The notes under the pieces are model-generated. The model made no database searches. It saw only the letters and a list, made by a program, of their open reading frames with translations, and was not told the DNA's origin. The translations under genes and the position numbers were made by a program. Below, piece after piece: positions 28,022-39,303 of a stretch of 64,000 nucleotides of DNA. Source of the DNA: Candidatus Omnitrophota bacterium (lineage in GTDB: Bacteria > Omnitrophota > Gorgyraeia > Zapsychrales > Fredricksoniimonadaceae); the NCBI GenBank assembly GCA_903860135.1, contig CAIOPG010000009.1, positions 37,916-101,915 of the forward strand. Reading direction: 5' to 3'. Within the stretch, counting starts at the first letter, position 1; every line of letters begins with the position of its first letter.

Positions 28022-29836
28022 TTACACCTTGGGCACAACAAAAGAAAATGTCGTTCCATGCCCCGGGCTTGAGTGGACAGCTACTTCTCCGCCGTGAGCC
28101 GCAACGATATGTTTGACAATAGAAAGCCCCAGTCCCGTCCCGCCCACATCACGTGCCCGTGCCTTGTCCACGCGATAGAAACGCTCGAAAATGCGCGGAA
28201 GATCTTTCTCAGGAATACCAATCCCGGAATCAATGACTTCAAAATGGATGTTCTTATCTCCCGGCAAGGCACGGACAATGATCTGCCCGTCAGCTGGAGT
28301 ATACTTCACGGCATTATCCAACAGGTTCAGAAAAACCTGTGACAGACGCGCCTCATCAGCCAATACCTTGGGTAATGTTGCGGGCAGATCCAACACAATC
28401 GTCAAACGTTTGGCTTCAACTGCCTTTTCAAGTATGGCCACGCACTTGCGGATCACCCCTGCGGCATCGACCGGGATTAATGTCATTTTCATTTTGCCGG
28501 ACTCGATCCTGGCCAGGTCGAGCAGGTCATTGATAAGATTGACCAGCCGATCGCTATTGTTATGGATAATACCCAGAAATTCTTTCATGGCTTGTGGATC
28601 ATCCATGGCGCCACCCAACAGGGTTTCGGTATAGCCCTTGATGCTCGCGACCGGCGTACGCAACTCATGCGACACATTCGCCACAAAATCTTGCCGGACT
28701 TTCTCCAGTCGGCGCAGTTCGCTAATATCATGGAATACCAGCACCGCACCTTCCAGTTTATCGGCAACCCTGACCTGAACCGCATTGACCCTGAAAACTT
28801 TCTCTTCGGGAAGCTCTGCGGTGATCTCGCGGCTGACCAAACGCTCTCCACCCAAAACCAGGCAGTCCACCATGTCCGTCACCGCGCTGTTACGGATAAC
28901 CTCGGCAACCCGGCGTCCGTCAACCTTGCCGGAGATCAGGAAGAACTTTCTCAAAGCCGCATTCATCAGAAGAACAGCGCCTTTTTCGTTTACAACCATC
29001 AGGCCTTCGGACAGGCTCTCGATCACAGCGTCAAGCCGCGCCCTTTCGCGTTCAATGGTTCTCAATTTGTCACGCACCTCATCAGACATATAGGTAAGCG
29101 CGTGTGCTAGGTCACCCAATTCATCACGCGAACGGATGGAGGGATGCCGGGTAAAATCTCCGACAGCCATGGCACGGGCCACAATGGACATCTCACGCAG
29201 GGGCTTTGAAACGATCACAGCCACGATCGATGTAAAGCCGAGACTAAAAATAAAGATAAGAAAAATAGCAACGGCAACAATCTTGACCGATCCCTCCTCA
29301 AGGATCTCAACATCTGTAAGCGGCATCGCCAGGCGAATGACCCCGGCGGTACGTCCCTGGCCAAAAGGCGATGCTACATAAAGTAGATATTTCTTTAATG
29401 TATAACTGTACCGCTTGCTGACACCCCATCCCGTCTTAAGCGCATCCTTGATCTCGATACGCGCGCCATGATTTTCGACAGTTTTCAGCGCCGCGTCGTC
29501 TAAGTCTGAATCTCCCAGCACTTTCCCATCAAGACCAACGATCGTAACTCTAAGGTCAAGTTTACTTCCCATACGGTGAGCCATGACCTGCGCGTCAAAA
29601 AGCCCGGTCTGATCGCTCTGGTGCGTCTCCACAAAATCACGAACCAGCGTAATCTCACGCTTCATGTTCTTCTGAAGATCCCGCTCAAGGTAAGCTGTCA
29701 AATGAGACGAGAGATAAAAATACCCCAGTAAAAGCCCGACCATGACCGCCGAACAAAAGAATACCGTCAGTTTCCAGTGAAGATTAATTTTCATGATCCT
29801 GCCTAAAGCGGTAACCCGCGCCGATAACAGTTTCAA
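28022..29836 (-). CDS. sensor histidine kinase, PhoR-like
   Basis: 2 TM helices with a periplasmic loop, HAMP/PAS, H-box FVANVSHELRTP, and HATPase_c G-boxes. Confidence 0.75.
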   Translation of the reverse strand: MKLLSARVTALGRIMKINLHWKLTVFFCSAVMVGLLLGYFYLSSHLTAYLERDLQKNMKREITLVRDFVETHQSDQTGLFDAQVMAHRMGSKLDLRVTIVGLDGKVLGDSDLDDAALKTVENHGARIEIKDALKTGWGVSKRYSYTLKKYLLYVASPFGQGRTAGVIRLAMPLTDVEILEEGSVKIVAVAIFLIFIFSLGFTSIVAVIVSKPLREMSIVARAMAVGDFTRHPSIRSRDELGDLAHALTYMSDEVRDKLRTIERERARLDAVIESLSEGLMVVNEKGAVLLMNAALRKFFLISGKVDGRRVAEVIRNSAVTDMVDCLVLGGERLVSREITAELPEEKVFRVNAVQVRVADKLEGAVLVFHDISELRRLEKVRQDFVANVSHELRTPVASIKGYTETLLGGAMDDPQAMKEFLGIIHNNSDRLVNLINDLLDLARIESGKMKMTLIPVDAAGVIRKCVAILEKAVEAKRLTIVLDLPATLPKVLADEARLSQVFLNLLDNAVKYTPADGQIIVRALPGDKNIHFEVIDSGIGIPEKDLPRIFERFYRVDKARARDVGGTGLGLSIVKHIVAAHGGEVAVHSSPGHGTTFSFVVPKV

Positions 29837-30473
29837 CCAGATCGCCCACAGCTTTCAGTTTAAGACGCAACCTTCGCACATGTGTGTCGACCGTCCGCGT
29901 GTAAACATCCGCGTCGATGCCCCATACATCATTTAATAGGACTTCACGTGACTGGATACGGCCCGGACGCCCCATCAACAGTGCTAGCAGTTTAAACTCC
30001 ATGGCTGTCAGCACAACTTCCACGCCATCGACCGTGACCCGGTGCCGCCCCTTGTCAAGGATCAACGCCCCGGCTTTAAGGACATCCACATCTTCCACCG
30101 CTATCCGGCGTCGAAGGATCGCTTTCACGCGCAAGACAAGCTCACGCGGGCTAAATGGTTTGACCATGTAATCCTCGGCCCCTAATTCCAACCCCACGAT
30201 CCGATCGACCTCTTCACCTTTGGCTGTCAGCATGATCACCGGCACATCGGTCAGATCGGTATCTTTGCGCATCCGGCGGCAAACCTCCAGACCGTCAACC
30301 CCTGGCAGCATCACATCCAAGATCACCAGATCAAACCCCTTGCGCCCAAGCAGGGCCAAAGCATCCTCACCGGAGGCCGCGGTTTCACAGGAAAAACCCG
30401 CCTTGTCCAGGTTATACTGGATCAGCCGGGCAATATCTTTTTCATCTTCAACGATCAATATTTTTTTAGTCAT
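29784..30473 (-). CDS. OmpR-family response regulator, PhoB-like
   Basis: ATG at 30473 (MTKKILIVEDE). REC domain plus winged-helix (GYRF). Confidence 0.8.
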   Translation of the reverse strand: MTKKILIVEDEKDIARLIQYNLDKAGFSCETAASGEDALALLGRKGFDLVILDVMLPGVDGLEVCRRMRKDTDLTDVPVIMLTAKGEEVDRIVGLELGAEDYMVKPFSPRELVLRVKAILRRRIAVEDVDVLKAGALILDKGRHRVTVDGVEVVLTAMEFKLLALLMGRPGRIQSREVLLNDVWGIDADVYTRTVDTHVRRLRLKLKAVGDLVETVIGAGYRFRQDHEN

Positions 30474-30605
30474 ATATTCTTTAATTTTATATATTAACAG
30501 AAATAGCTTACCCCCGTCAAAAGCATTAACCAAAATTATACCCCTCCGGTATTCTCTTGGGGAAGGTTTTGACTTTTATAGTTGGCTTTGTTATCCTGAG
30601 AACCT

Positions 30606-31541
30606 ATGAAAAAAATAAAAGTTGCTGTCATCGGCGTCGGCCATCTGGGGTCACGCCACCTAAAGACATATCACCAGATGAAAGACCAGGTCGAGATCGT
30701 CGGGATAGCGGATCTTCATAAAGATAACGGGCAAAAACTTGCGCGTGAATACCGCACAACCTTCTTCCCCGATGCCCAGGACCTTATCGGTAAAGTTGAC
30801 GCTGTTAGTATCTGTACGCCTACGACCAGCCACTGCGCCACGGGCCTTTTGTTCCTTAACGCCGGCATCCACGCCCTGATTGAAAAACCCATTGCGATGA
30901 ATATCGCCGAGGCGGATCTCCTCGTCAATGCCGCCAGGGACAATAATGTTAAGCTCCAGGTTGGGCACATCGAGCGTTTCAATAATGCCTTTCAGGCGAT
31001 CAAGGACATCGCCCGCGATGCCCTTTTCATTGAATGCCACCGCCTGAACAATTTTCCTAACCGCTCGCTTGATATCGGTGTTGTGATGGATCTCATGATC
31101 CATGATATTGACATCGTCCAAGGGCTTATCAATACGCCGATCACAGATATTCAGGCCATCGGGATCAATGTGCTGACAGATCTCGATGATATCGCCAATG
31201 TCCGACTGACCTTTGCCAACAAAGCCGTTTGCAACCTGACCGCCAGCCGCGTTTCACCTGAGGTCATGCGCAAGATACGGATATTTATCCCCAACGCGTA
31301 TATTTCCCTCGACTATGTTAAGCAGGAAGCCTTTATCTACCGCAAAGACGGCACCGCGATCACCCGCACCGCCTTGCCTATTGAGAAAGAAGAACCCTTG
31401 CGCCGTGAACTTGCGCATTTCCTTGAATGCATCCGCGACGACAAAAAACCGCTCGTCTCTGGCACTGAAGGCCGTGACGCCTTAAAGACAGCCCTTGATA
31501 TCCAGAACATTATATGGACCCAACACCTCAAACGCTCCTGA
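30606..31541 (+). CDS. Gfo/Idh/MocA-family oxidoreductase
   Basis: Rossmann VAVIGVGHLGSRH. Confidence 0.75.
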   Translation: MKKIKVAVIGVGHLGSRHLKTYHQMKDQVEIVGIADLHKDNGQKLAREYRTTFFPDAQDLIGKVDAVSICTPTTSHCATGLLFLNAGIHALIEKPIAMNIAEADLLVNAARDNNVKLQVGHIERFNNAFQAIKDIARDALFIECHRLNNFPNRSLDIGVVMDLMIHDIDIVQGLINTPITDIQAIGINVLTDLDDIANVRLTFANKAVCNLTASRVSPEVMRKIRIFIPNAYISLDYVKQEAFIYRKDGTAITRTALPIEKEEPLRRELAHFLECIRDDKKPLVSGTEGRDALKTALDIQNIIWTQHLKRS

Positions 31542-32647
31542 TCGTCGCCGGTGAAGAATCCGGTGATATGCGGGCAGCGTCCCTTGTCCGTGAGATCGCG
31601 GCTCTTTGCCCCGGCACACGTTTTGTCGGCATCGGGGGCAATCGCTGCCGTGAAGCAGGCGTGGCTACGTTCACCGACATTACTGAATTAGCCGTCATCG
31701 GTTTTACCGAGGTGATCCGGAACTTCGCCAGGATCAAACGTGTTTTTGACCTGACACTGGAACGCGCCAGGACTGAACGCCCGGTGCTCGCTATCCTGGT
31801 GGATTACCCCGGCTTCAACCTGCGCCTTGCCAGGGAACTTAAAAAACACGGCATTAAAGTCATTTATTATATTAGCCCGCAGGTCTGGGCATGGAAAGAG
31901 TCGCGCGTGGCTATTGTCAAAAGCAATGTCGACCGCATGATGGTATTGTTCCCTTTTGAGAAAGATCTTTACGACCGCCACGGTTATACGGCTGATCTGG
32001 TCGGACACCCTCTGGTCGATGAAGTCCACGCGGATATCACGCGTCATGAATTCCTTAGCCATGCTGGACTTGATCCACACGCACCGGTCATTGCCCTGCT
32101 ACCTGGATCGCGCGCCAAAGAAATATCACGCCACCTGCCGGTGATGCTCGCCGCCGCAAGCCTTATGCGGCAAAAACGTCCCGATATCCAGTTTATCCTG
32201 CTCAAGGCCAAAAATCTGGATCAGGCATGTTTTTCACCGTGGCTTCATCTCGCGCCTGAAAAGCTTAAAATCACTGAAGATTATTACAATGCCCTTGGCA
32301 GTTGCAACAGCGCGGTCGTTTGTTCGGGTACCGCAACACTCGAAACAGCCCTCATGGGAAAACCGATGGTTGTTGTCTACAAGACATCCTGGCTCACCTG
32401 GCATCTTGGAAAGTTTCTTGTCAAGATACCGTACATCGCTCTGGTTAATATCGTGGCTGGAAAGAAAATTGTGGAAGAATTACTGCAAGCAAATGCCTCA
32501 CCGGCACACCTTGCCGCTGAGGCATTAAAAACGCTTTTTCCATCTGATAAACTTCTACAAGAACTCGTCCGCGTTAAACAACTTCTGGGATCTCCCGGAG
32601 CCAGCCGCCGCGCCGCCTTAATCGTACGTGAAGAACTTGACCGTTGA
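31514..32647 (+). CDS. lpxB: lipid-A-disaccharide synthase
   Basis: LLIVAGEESGD N-terminus. GT19 fold. 377 aa. Confidence 0.85.
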   Translation: MDPTPQTLLIVAGEESGDMRAASLVREIAALCPGTRFVGIGGNRCREAGVATFTDITELAVIGFTEVIRNFARIKRVFDLTLERARTERPVLAILVDYPGFNLRLARELKKHGIKVIYYISPQVWAWKESRVAIVKSNVDRMMVLFPFEKDLYDRHGYTADLVGHPLVDEVHADITRHEFLSHAGLDPHAPVIALLPGSRAKEISRHLPVMLAAASLMRQKRPDIQFILLKAKNLDQACFSPWLHLAPEKLKITEDYYNALGSCNSAVVCSGTATLETALMGKPMVVVYKTSWLTWHLGKFLVKIPYIALVNIVAGKKIVEELLQANASPAHLAAEALKTLFPSDKLLQELVRVKQLLGSPGASRRAALIVREELDR

Positions 32648-32659
32648 CGCAACGTCTGA

Positions 32660-33436
32660 TCAACTAATGCTGTCTTTGACCATATCCCAGAAAGTTGCCG
32701 GTGTGAAACGTCCGATATATTTTGTCGCGCCTGCTTCCATGCAGTCATTCTTGGCTTGACTAAGATCCTCGATACCCTGCATACTGCCGATATCTTCAGG
32801 AAGGAATTGAGTAAAAACCATGATCTGTGTGTTGGCAAGACGCGCGAAACAGCGCAAGGCACGGATAACATCACGGCTGGGGACATCCCCCTGGATCAAG
32901 GCATCCACCACCACTACCCGTGGCGTCAAGATCAGGCAGTTGGACATAAATTCAATAGGATCAGAACTGACACCGGCGATACAACCCTGTTCTTGAAAAA
33001 TTCGGGCTATCTGTTTGTTGATTTCCAGATTTGCACCCAAGACCAGCGTTTGTTTATTTTTGCGAACCAGGTCGGCGCACGTAAAAATATAATCAACTTT
33101 ATGGATAAGTTTTACAGAATCAAGTGGTTTAGGGAGAAAATGTTCAACACCCAACGTCTGAAAAGACTCGCGGAAAATGCGACTGTCTGTGATGATGACA
33201 ATAGGGATATGGGCCAGCAGTAGATCCTTCTTGAGTTCCTTATAAAGATCTACACCATCCATGATCGGCATCACAACGTCGGTCACGATTAGATCCACAG
33301 GATCATTCTGAATGATATCCCAGGCTTCCTTACCATTACGTGCGGTGCGCACATCATACCCTTGTTCTTCGAGTTTCTGACGGGCAAGCGCGACAACCGT
33401 GGGTTCATCATCAACAATAAGGATCGTCTTGCGCAT
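32660..33436 (-). CDS. response regulator (REC domain + degenerate second domain, no obvious DNA-binding output)
   Basis: ATG at 33436 with GGAG 8 nt upstream. ILIVDDEP...DLIVTDVVMP. Confidence 0.6.
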   Translation of the reverse strand: MRKTILIVDDEPTVVALARQKLEEQGYDVRTARNGKEAWDIIQNDPVDLIVTDVVMPIMDGVDLYKELKKDLLLAHIPIVIITDSRIFRESFQTLGVEHFLPKPLDSVKLIHKVDYIFTCADLVRKNKQTLVLGANLEINKQIARIFQEQGCIAGVSSDPIEFMSNCLILTPRVVVVDALIQGDVPSRDVIRALRCFARLANTQIMVFTQFLPEDIGSMQGIEDLSQAKNDCMEAGATKYIGRFTPATFWDMVKDSIS

Positions 33437-33476
33437 ATCTATCTCCATTAACTTATATTATTGAGTAAACCGATAC

Positions 33477-34838
33477 TTATTCTATGACAAGATGCAAATT
33501 ACGCACCTTATTTTTATAATTTTCGAAAAACTCCTTGATCCGAGGATCGAGGATAATGTGCTGGCGCAAGATTGGACGTTTGAGCACAATGCCTTCGAGC
33601 GTCGTACACCGCGACAGAGCCACATAGGTCTGACCGTGAGAGAATGTGCCGCGCCCGACGTCAATGACGACCTGTGAAAATGTTTTGCCTTGAGATTTGT
33701 GGATGGTCACCGCCCATGCCAGGCGTAAGGGATACTGCCGAAACGACCCCACACTTTCAGAATCAACACGGGCAAGTTCCTTGTCGTAGATAAAACGGAA
33801 CATCTCCCAGGTGAACGGTAACACATCCACCTCAGATCCGTCGGACAAACGTACCCGCACCGCATCCTCTCCCTCACTGGCCCCGCGCACCACCGCTACA
33901 ACCTGCCCGATGGACCCGTTAACCCAGCGGCCGAAAGGATCATTGTTTAAAAGCATCACCTGGGCACCGGGCTTTAACTGCAAATCTTCGTGCGTCGGAA
34001 GATTCTTTTTTTCAAATTCACCGGCCAGCACACCGCCATACGCGTACGTCTTTCCTGTGGTGGTCGCCAGACGCACCTTATTGATATTATCGGCAAGGTC
34101 ATTGGTCGTTGTCAAATAAACATGAAAATCCCCCTGCGGCGGCTGGAAATCAGAATGACAGCGCGCATTCAACAGAGCCATATCCTCAGCTGTGACCGTA
34201 TTGTCACGAACAGCGTTCAAAAGCCGGATAAAACGATCTTCTGTCTGACGGTAAACTTTGGAAAGCTCGAGAAGTTCAAAGTTACATTCGCCAAAAACCC
34301 TGGCATCAAAGAAATACGGGCTCGGATAATGACCGTCAAAGATCTCGCGTTCCACCCTTGTCACCACGGGTGGCAACTGGTGCAGATCACCAACAAAGAT
34401 CATCTGGATGCCGCCGAACGGTTGCTTCCTCTCGGGACCGTTGTGCCGCAGGAAGACATCAATACAATCCATGAGGTCAGCCCGCACCATGGACACTTCG
34501 TCGATGACCACCGTATCAAGCCCGCGCAGAAGATCCTTCTGTCCCCGGCGCAAACGGATAGATCTCGCTAGGTCTGGCGTGATATCCGGCCTGAAATTAA
34601 AGAACGAATGAATGGTCTGGCCCTTGATATTGACCGCCGCAACTCCGGTGGGCGCAAGCACCACAACATTCTTTTTGGTGCTCGAACGAAAATATTGCAG
34701 TAACGTCGACTTGCCTGTGCCCGCACGCCCGGTAAGGAAAATGTGCTTCGTTGTTTCTTCAAACATATCGAAGGCACGGATGAAATCAGGATTTTTCTCA
34801 ATACGGTTGGAGTCAATATTCATGGCTACATTGTACAC
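33477..34838 (-). CDS. Pif1/RecD-like (SF1B) DNA helicase
   Basis: Walker A GRAGTGKST, VVIDEVSM, and a C-terminal SH3-like region. Confidence 0.7.
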   Translation of the reverse strand: MYNVAMNIDSNRIEKNPDFIRAFDMFEETTKHIFLTGRAGTGKSTLLQYFRSSTKKNVVVLAPTGVAAVNIKGQTIHSFFNFRPDITPDLARSIRLRRGQKDLLRGLDTVVIDEVSMVRADLMDCIDVFLRHNGPERKQPFGGIQMIFVGDLHQLPPVVTRVEREIFDGHYPSPYFFDARVFGECNFELLELSKVYRQTEDRFIRLLNAVRDNTVTAEDMALLNARCHSDFQPPQGDFHVYLTTTNDLADNINKVRLATTTGKTYAYGGVLAGEFEKKNLPTHEDLQLKPGAQVMLLNNDPFGRWVNGSIGQVVAVVRGASEGEDAVRVRLSDGSEVDVLPFTWEMFRFIYDKELARVDSESVGSFRQYPLRLAWAVTIHKSQGKTFSQVVIDVGRGTFSHGQTYVALSRCTTLEGIVLKRPILRQHIILDPRIKEFFENYKNKVRNLHLVIE

Positions 34839-34851
34839 GCCAGAGGGGGCA

Positions 34852-35496
34852 TCACCTAGAGGATTTTTGCAACCGTCGCTGTTCCAGGCGGGTTTTGATC
34901 ATTTTAAGGACAAAAAAGGCTTCACGGGATTGCTCTTCGAGGGCATCGTTGATGTATTTGATCGTGTCCGCGTAATCCGGGAGGTATATCTGCTCAAGGG
35001 CATTGACCCGGCGCACGGTTTTCTTGACTTCGGCGGCGAGCCTGAGCAGGGTGGTTTTAAGTTCGGTCATAGGCCCGAGTAATTTCATAACATGCCGGAA
35101 TGCCGCTACGGCTTCATCGAGCCAAATGCTGGTTTCTGTCAGGCTGTAAGTTGCCATGGGCACTGCGGGTGTGACAGCTATAACCGGTAAATGAACACCG
35201 ATGACATGGCGTTGATGCAGCTCGATCTCAGTGAAAACATTGACCGCCTGTGCTGCGCCGTTGATCCGCACACGCCCCATACGCATCATCGCCGCGTCAA
35301 GCGTTGCATACGCCACCTGTAAAGCGTCATCCACGTCCTTTTCAGCCGCAGAGGCTTTAGCAGCAACCGCCAGCAGTTCCGCGACAAGGATATCGCGTTT
35401 CTGTTCGAGCAAACGGTGACCTTCGTGCGCGAACGACTGGTCACGCCGGACTTTCAACAGGTTGGTCTTGGTGGGCGCCACATGATATCTGGCCAT
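34852..35496 (-). CDS. atpD: V/A-type ATP synthase subunit D
   Basis: 214 aa coiled-coil central stalk protein, last gene of the operon. Confidence 0.8.
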   Translation of the reverse strand: MARYHVAPTKTNLLKVRRDQSFAHEGHRLLEQKRDILVAELLAVAAKASAAEKDVDDALQVAYATLDAAMMRMGRVRINGAAQAVNVFTEIELHQRHVIGVHLPVIAVTPAVPMATYSLTETSIWLDEAVAAFRHVMKLLGPMTELKTTLLRLAAEVKKTVRRVNALEQIYLPDYADTIKYINDALEEQSREAFFVLKMIKTRLEQRRLQKSSR

Positions 35497-35499
35497 GGC

Positions 35500-36897
35500 T
35501 CACTTCCCGTAGAATTTGTTGATCTCCTCAGCCGTGATCCGGTGCAATTCCTCGGGTGGCAAAAGGGACAAGATGGCCCAACCAAGATCAAGGCTTTGAT
35601 CGAGGCTTCTGTCCTCATGACGGCCTTGTGTCAAAAAACGCTGTTCAAAGGCATCGCCAAATTCAAGGTAACGCCGGTCAATCGTTGACAACTCCTCTTC
35701 ACCGATAACAAGGGCCAGCGACCGCACATCTTTCACCCGCGCGTAACAGGCAAAAAGCTGGCTGGCCAGATGCGGGTGATCTTCGCGGGTCATGCCGAGG
35801 CCAATATTGTCTTTCATCAGGCGTGACAACGAAGGTAAACCGGCGATCGGCGGATAGATCCCTTTCCGGCTCAGTTCACGCTCAAGCACGATCTGCCCTT
35901 CGGTGATGTAGCCGGTAAGGTCAGGGACCGGATGCGTGATATCATCATTGGGCATGGTCAGGATCGGTACCTGCGTGATCGAACCTTTCAGACCCCGGAT
36001 GATCCCGGCACGTTCATACAAACTGGCCAGATCGCTGTAAAGATAACCAGGGTAACCTTTCCTGGCCGGGATTTCGCCGCGCAGGGTGGATATTTCGCGC
36101 AACGCTTCGCAGTAATTGCCCATATCCGTCATGATAACTAGAACATGCATCTCTTTCTCAAAAGCCAAAAATTCAGCACAGGCCAGTGCCGCACGCGGGG
36201 TCATGATCCTTTCGATCGACGGGGCATCGGCGAGGCTCAGGAAGGTCACCACTTTCTCAAGAACGCCGCTTTCTTCAAAAGAATCAATAAAGAATTGCGC
36301 GATATCATGTTTGACTCCCATGGCCGCAAAGACAACCGCAAAACCTTCGGTGTCCCCCATGATCCTCGCCTGCCGGGCGATCTGGGCCGCGAGGGCATCA
36401 TGCGGCAGACCGTTACCCGAGAAGATCGGCAATTTCTGGCCACGCACCAGCGTATTCATGACATCGATCGACGAGATGCCTGTCTGGATGAACCGGTTGG
36501 GATAATCGCGGGCCGTAGGATTGATCGGAAGACCGTTCACATCCGCTGTTCTTTCCGGGATTGGCGCCGGCATGTGATCGACCGGTTGCCCGAGCCCATT
36601 AAATACTCTCCCGAGCATCGCCGTTGAAACCTCTAGCGTAAACGCGCGCCCCGTGAACTTGACCCGCGGCACAGCCAGCGAAAATCCGCCAGTCCCGCCA
36701 AAAACCTGCACCACCGCCAGCCCCTTGGCCACCTCAAGGGTAATACCTTGCCTGGTCACGCCCTGCGCATCGACGATTTCAACAAGCTCGTTATAACCGA
36801 CATCATGTATCCCTGCAATGACAAACAGTGGCCCCGTCACATCGTGGATGCCGGTGTAATCGCGGTTGTTGTATAGAGATAATGTCGCCATGATCAC
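35500..36897 (-). CDS. atpB: V/A-type ATP synthase subunit B
   Basis: 465 aa, non-catalytic alpha/beta-family. Confidence 0.9.
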   Translation of the reverse strand: MIMATLSLYNNRDYTGIHDVTGPLFVIAGIHDVGYNELVEIVDAQGVTRQGITLEVAKGLAVVQVFGGTGGFSLAVPRVKFTGRAFTLEVSTAMLGRVFNGLGQPVDHMPAPIPERTADVNGLPINPTARDYPNRFIQTGISSIDVMNTLVRGQKLPIFSGNGLPHDALAAQIARQARIMGDTEGFAVVFAAMGVKHDIAQFFIDSFEESGVLEKVVTFLSLADAPSIERIMTPRAALACAEFLAFEKEMHVLVIMTDMGNYCEALREISTLRGEIPARKGYPGYLYSDLASLYERAGIIRGLKGSITQVPILTMPNDDITHPVPDLTGYITEGQIVLERELSRKGIYPPIAGLPSLSRLMKDNIGLGMTREDHPHLASQLFACYARVKDVRSLALVIGEEELSTIDRRYLEFGDAFEQRFLTQGRHEDRSLDQSLDLGWAILSLLPPEELHRITAEEINKFYGK

Positions 36898-38669
36898 ACG
36901 CTCCCTTCGCGCGCAAACGCCTCGACCTCCCGGCGCAACGCGTCAAATTTCTCCAGTTCGGCGTTGCCGATCGCCCATTTCATTTTCAAAACATCAGAAC
37001 GCAGGCGTGACTTCCTGATATGTTCGAGCGTCATCCCTGACTTGATAGCCTCCAGGCATTGTTTATGAAAGCCAAGGATGATCCTGAGCATCCGGGCCTG
37101 TTTTTGTGGGACCGAGAACATATCGATCGCATCGAATGAACTTTGCTGAAGGAACGTGGTCCTAAAGATCAGGCACGTTTCCAGGAGAACTTTCTGATTG
37201 TCCTGCAATACATCAGGCCCTACCAGTTTAACCACTTGCTTGAGACGTTCTTCCTGCTGTAACAGCCCCATGATCTCCTGTTGCATCACCCGCCAGTCCG
37301 GATCAATGTGCGCACACCACCAGTCTCCGATCTCTTCCCTGTACTCCGAATAACTTTCGATCCAGCTGATCGACGGGTAATGCCGGGCATTGGCGAGATC
37401 CTTGTCGAGTGCCCAGAAACATCGGACACAGCGTTTGGTATGCTGGGTCACCGGCTCGGCGAAATCTCCTCCGGGGGGCGATATGGAACCGATGATCGTT
37501 ACCGAACCGTGCTGCCCCGATAATGTCTCAACAGCCCCGGCGCGCTCATAAAATTCAGCCAGCCGTGTCGGCAGGTACGCCGGAAAACCTTCATCCGCCG
37601 GCAATTCCTCCATTCTGCCGGAAAGTTCGCGCAACGCCTCGGCCCAGCGCGATGTGGAATCCGCCATGACCGCCACATGATAGCCCATATCCCTGTAATA
37701 TTCCGCGCAGGTGATCCCGGTATAAATGCTCGCTTCCCTTGCCGCTACCGGCATATTCGAGGTGTTGGCGATCAGGATGGTCCGTTCCATCAATGAACGC
37801 CCACTGCGCGGGTCGATGATCTTGGGAAAACTAAGCAGAACATCCGTCATTTCATTGCCGCGCTCGCCGCAGCCAATGAAAATGATAATATCGGCATCAC
37901 ACCATTTGGCCAGTTGATGCTGAACGATCGTCTTGCCCGTCCCAAAGCCTCCGGGCACCGCCACAGCCCCTCCCTTGACGACCGGGAATAAGGTATCAAT
38001 GACCCTCTGCCCGGTGATCAGAGGCTCGGTAAGCCGATCCCTCGACCGAAACAACCGGCCTTGCCTGACAGGCCAGCGCTGATACAAATAAACTGGCTTT
38101 TCCCTGCCGTTCATGGTGATCACCGCGATAATATCATCGAGTGTGCATTCACTTTCATCGACAATGGATACCACCCGCCCGCACAGGGGATGAGGCACCA
38201 GCACCCGGTGCTCGACCAGTGCCGTTTCAGGCACCGTTCCCATCACGGCACCCGGCGCAACGTTATCACCGGCTTTAACCTGCGGCTTAAAATGCCACCG
38301 CTTTTTCCGGTCAAGCGCCGGTGCATGGATGCCTTTTTGAATGTAAGACCCTGATGCCAGGCGGATCACATCGAGCGGGCGCTGGATCCCGTCGTAGATT
38401 GTACCGATCAGACCGGGTCCCAACTCCACCGCCAACGGCATCCCCGATCCATAAACCGGTAACCCCGGGCGCAGGGAAGTTGTGTCTTCATACACCTGCA
38501 TCGTGATCTTTTTACCCGAAAGACGTACAATCTCTCCGATTAAATGGTCATCTCCGACCTCGACCATCTCGAGCATCTGCGCCTCCGCCACGCTTGCGGC
38601 CTCCACCAGAGGCCCTGCTACCCTGGAAATATATCCGATGATATTAAGCATAGGTTCCAAAGACCTCAT
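36894..38669 (-). CDS. atpA: V/A-type ATP synthase catalytic subunit A
   Basis: 591 aa. P-loop GGFGTGKT. Confidence 0.9.
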   Translation of the reverse strand: MRSLEPMLNIIGYISRVAGPLVEAASVAEAQMLEMVEVGDDHLIGEIVRLSGKKITMQVYEDTTSLRPGLPVYGSGMPLAVELGPGLIGTIYDGIQRPLDVIRLASGSYIQKGIHAPALDRKKRWHFKPQVKAGDNVAPGAVMGTVPETALVEHRVLVPHPLCGRVVSIVDESECTLDDIIAVITMNGREKPVYLYQRWPVRQGRLFRSRDRLTEPLITGQRVIDTLFPVVKGGAVAVPGGFGTGKTIVQHQLAKWCDADIIIFIGCGERGNEMTDVLLSFPKIIDPRSGRSLMERTILIANTSNMPVAAREASIYTGITCAEYYRDMGYHVAVMADSTSRWAEALRELSGRMEELPADEGFPAYLPTRLAEFYERAGAVETLSGQHGSVTIIGSISPPGGDFAEPVTQHTKRCVRCFWALDKDLANARHYPSISWIESYSEYREEIGDWWCAHIDPDWRVMQQEIMGLLQQEERLKQVVKLVGPDVLQDNQKVLLETCLIFRTTFLQQSSFDAIDMFSVPQKQARMLRIILGFHKQCLEAIKSGMTLEHIRKSRLRSDVLKMKWAIGNAELEKFDALRREVEAFAREGSV

Positions 38670-39303
38670 TCAGGATTTCGGCTCGGATCGCGGCATACGC
38701 CCTCGATAAGCGACCCTCGAACGTATTATTACAAGCGATGCGCCTGTCCTTTGACCTTAGAATGACACCGATATCTTTTGCCGCGGCATCAGGTTCAAGT
38801 ATCAGGGTTATACTTTTATGATGTTTTTCTTTCAGTGCACGCTCGATGTTACCCAGAAAGTCAGAATTCATTATTTCCACATCGCACACAGACGCCACGA
38901 CAATGACCACATCCGTGTCGAGGGTTAATGCCCCCTCAACGATCAATTCTTTCAAATGATCCCCGTAGGCTGGTGAAACGCGAAACCCCGCTGTTAGCCC
39001 TCTGATCCTCGACAGGATCTCTTGCAGAACTTTCTCCTGCGCCTCAAGCCTGATCTTACGTCGTTCCTGGCTGATCGTTGCCAAAATTGTCTTTGCCTTT
39101 GCGGCACCTTCTTTTGCCGCCGCATCAAGTGCCTTGTCACGCATGACGACCAGGTTCGCCGTCTGCTGTTCGAGCAGATGCGCCGCGTCCTTTCTGGCCT
39201 GCGCACCAATTTCGTTGGCTTCACGACGAGCATCTTCGCTGATGCGGGTGCGTAACGCCTCAGCGGAATCTCTTGGCACCATACGATCAGTTTTGCCGGT
39301 CAT
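38644..39303 (-). CDS. atpE: V/A-type ATP synthase subunit E
   Basis: ~219 aa. Charged coiled-coil N-terminus and globular C-terminus. Confidence 0.7.
   Translation of the reverse strand: MTGKTDRMVPRDSAEALRTRISEDARREANEIGAQARKDAAHLLEQQTANLVVMRDKALDAAAKEGAAKAKTILATISQERRKIRLEAQEKVLQEILSRIRGLTAGFRVSPAYGDHLKELIVEGALTLDTDVVIVVASVCDVEIMNSDFLGNIERALKEKHHKSITLILEPDAAAKDIGVILRSKDRRIACNNTFEGRLSRAYAAIRAEILNEVFGTYA

Noticed and set aside
34612-35082. 156-aa plus-strand ORF
   Set aside because: Antisense overlap of the helicase and atpD genes.
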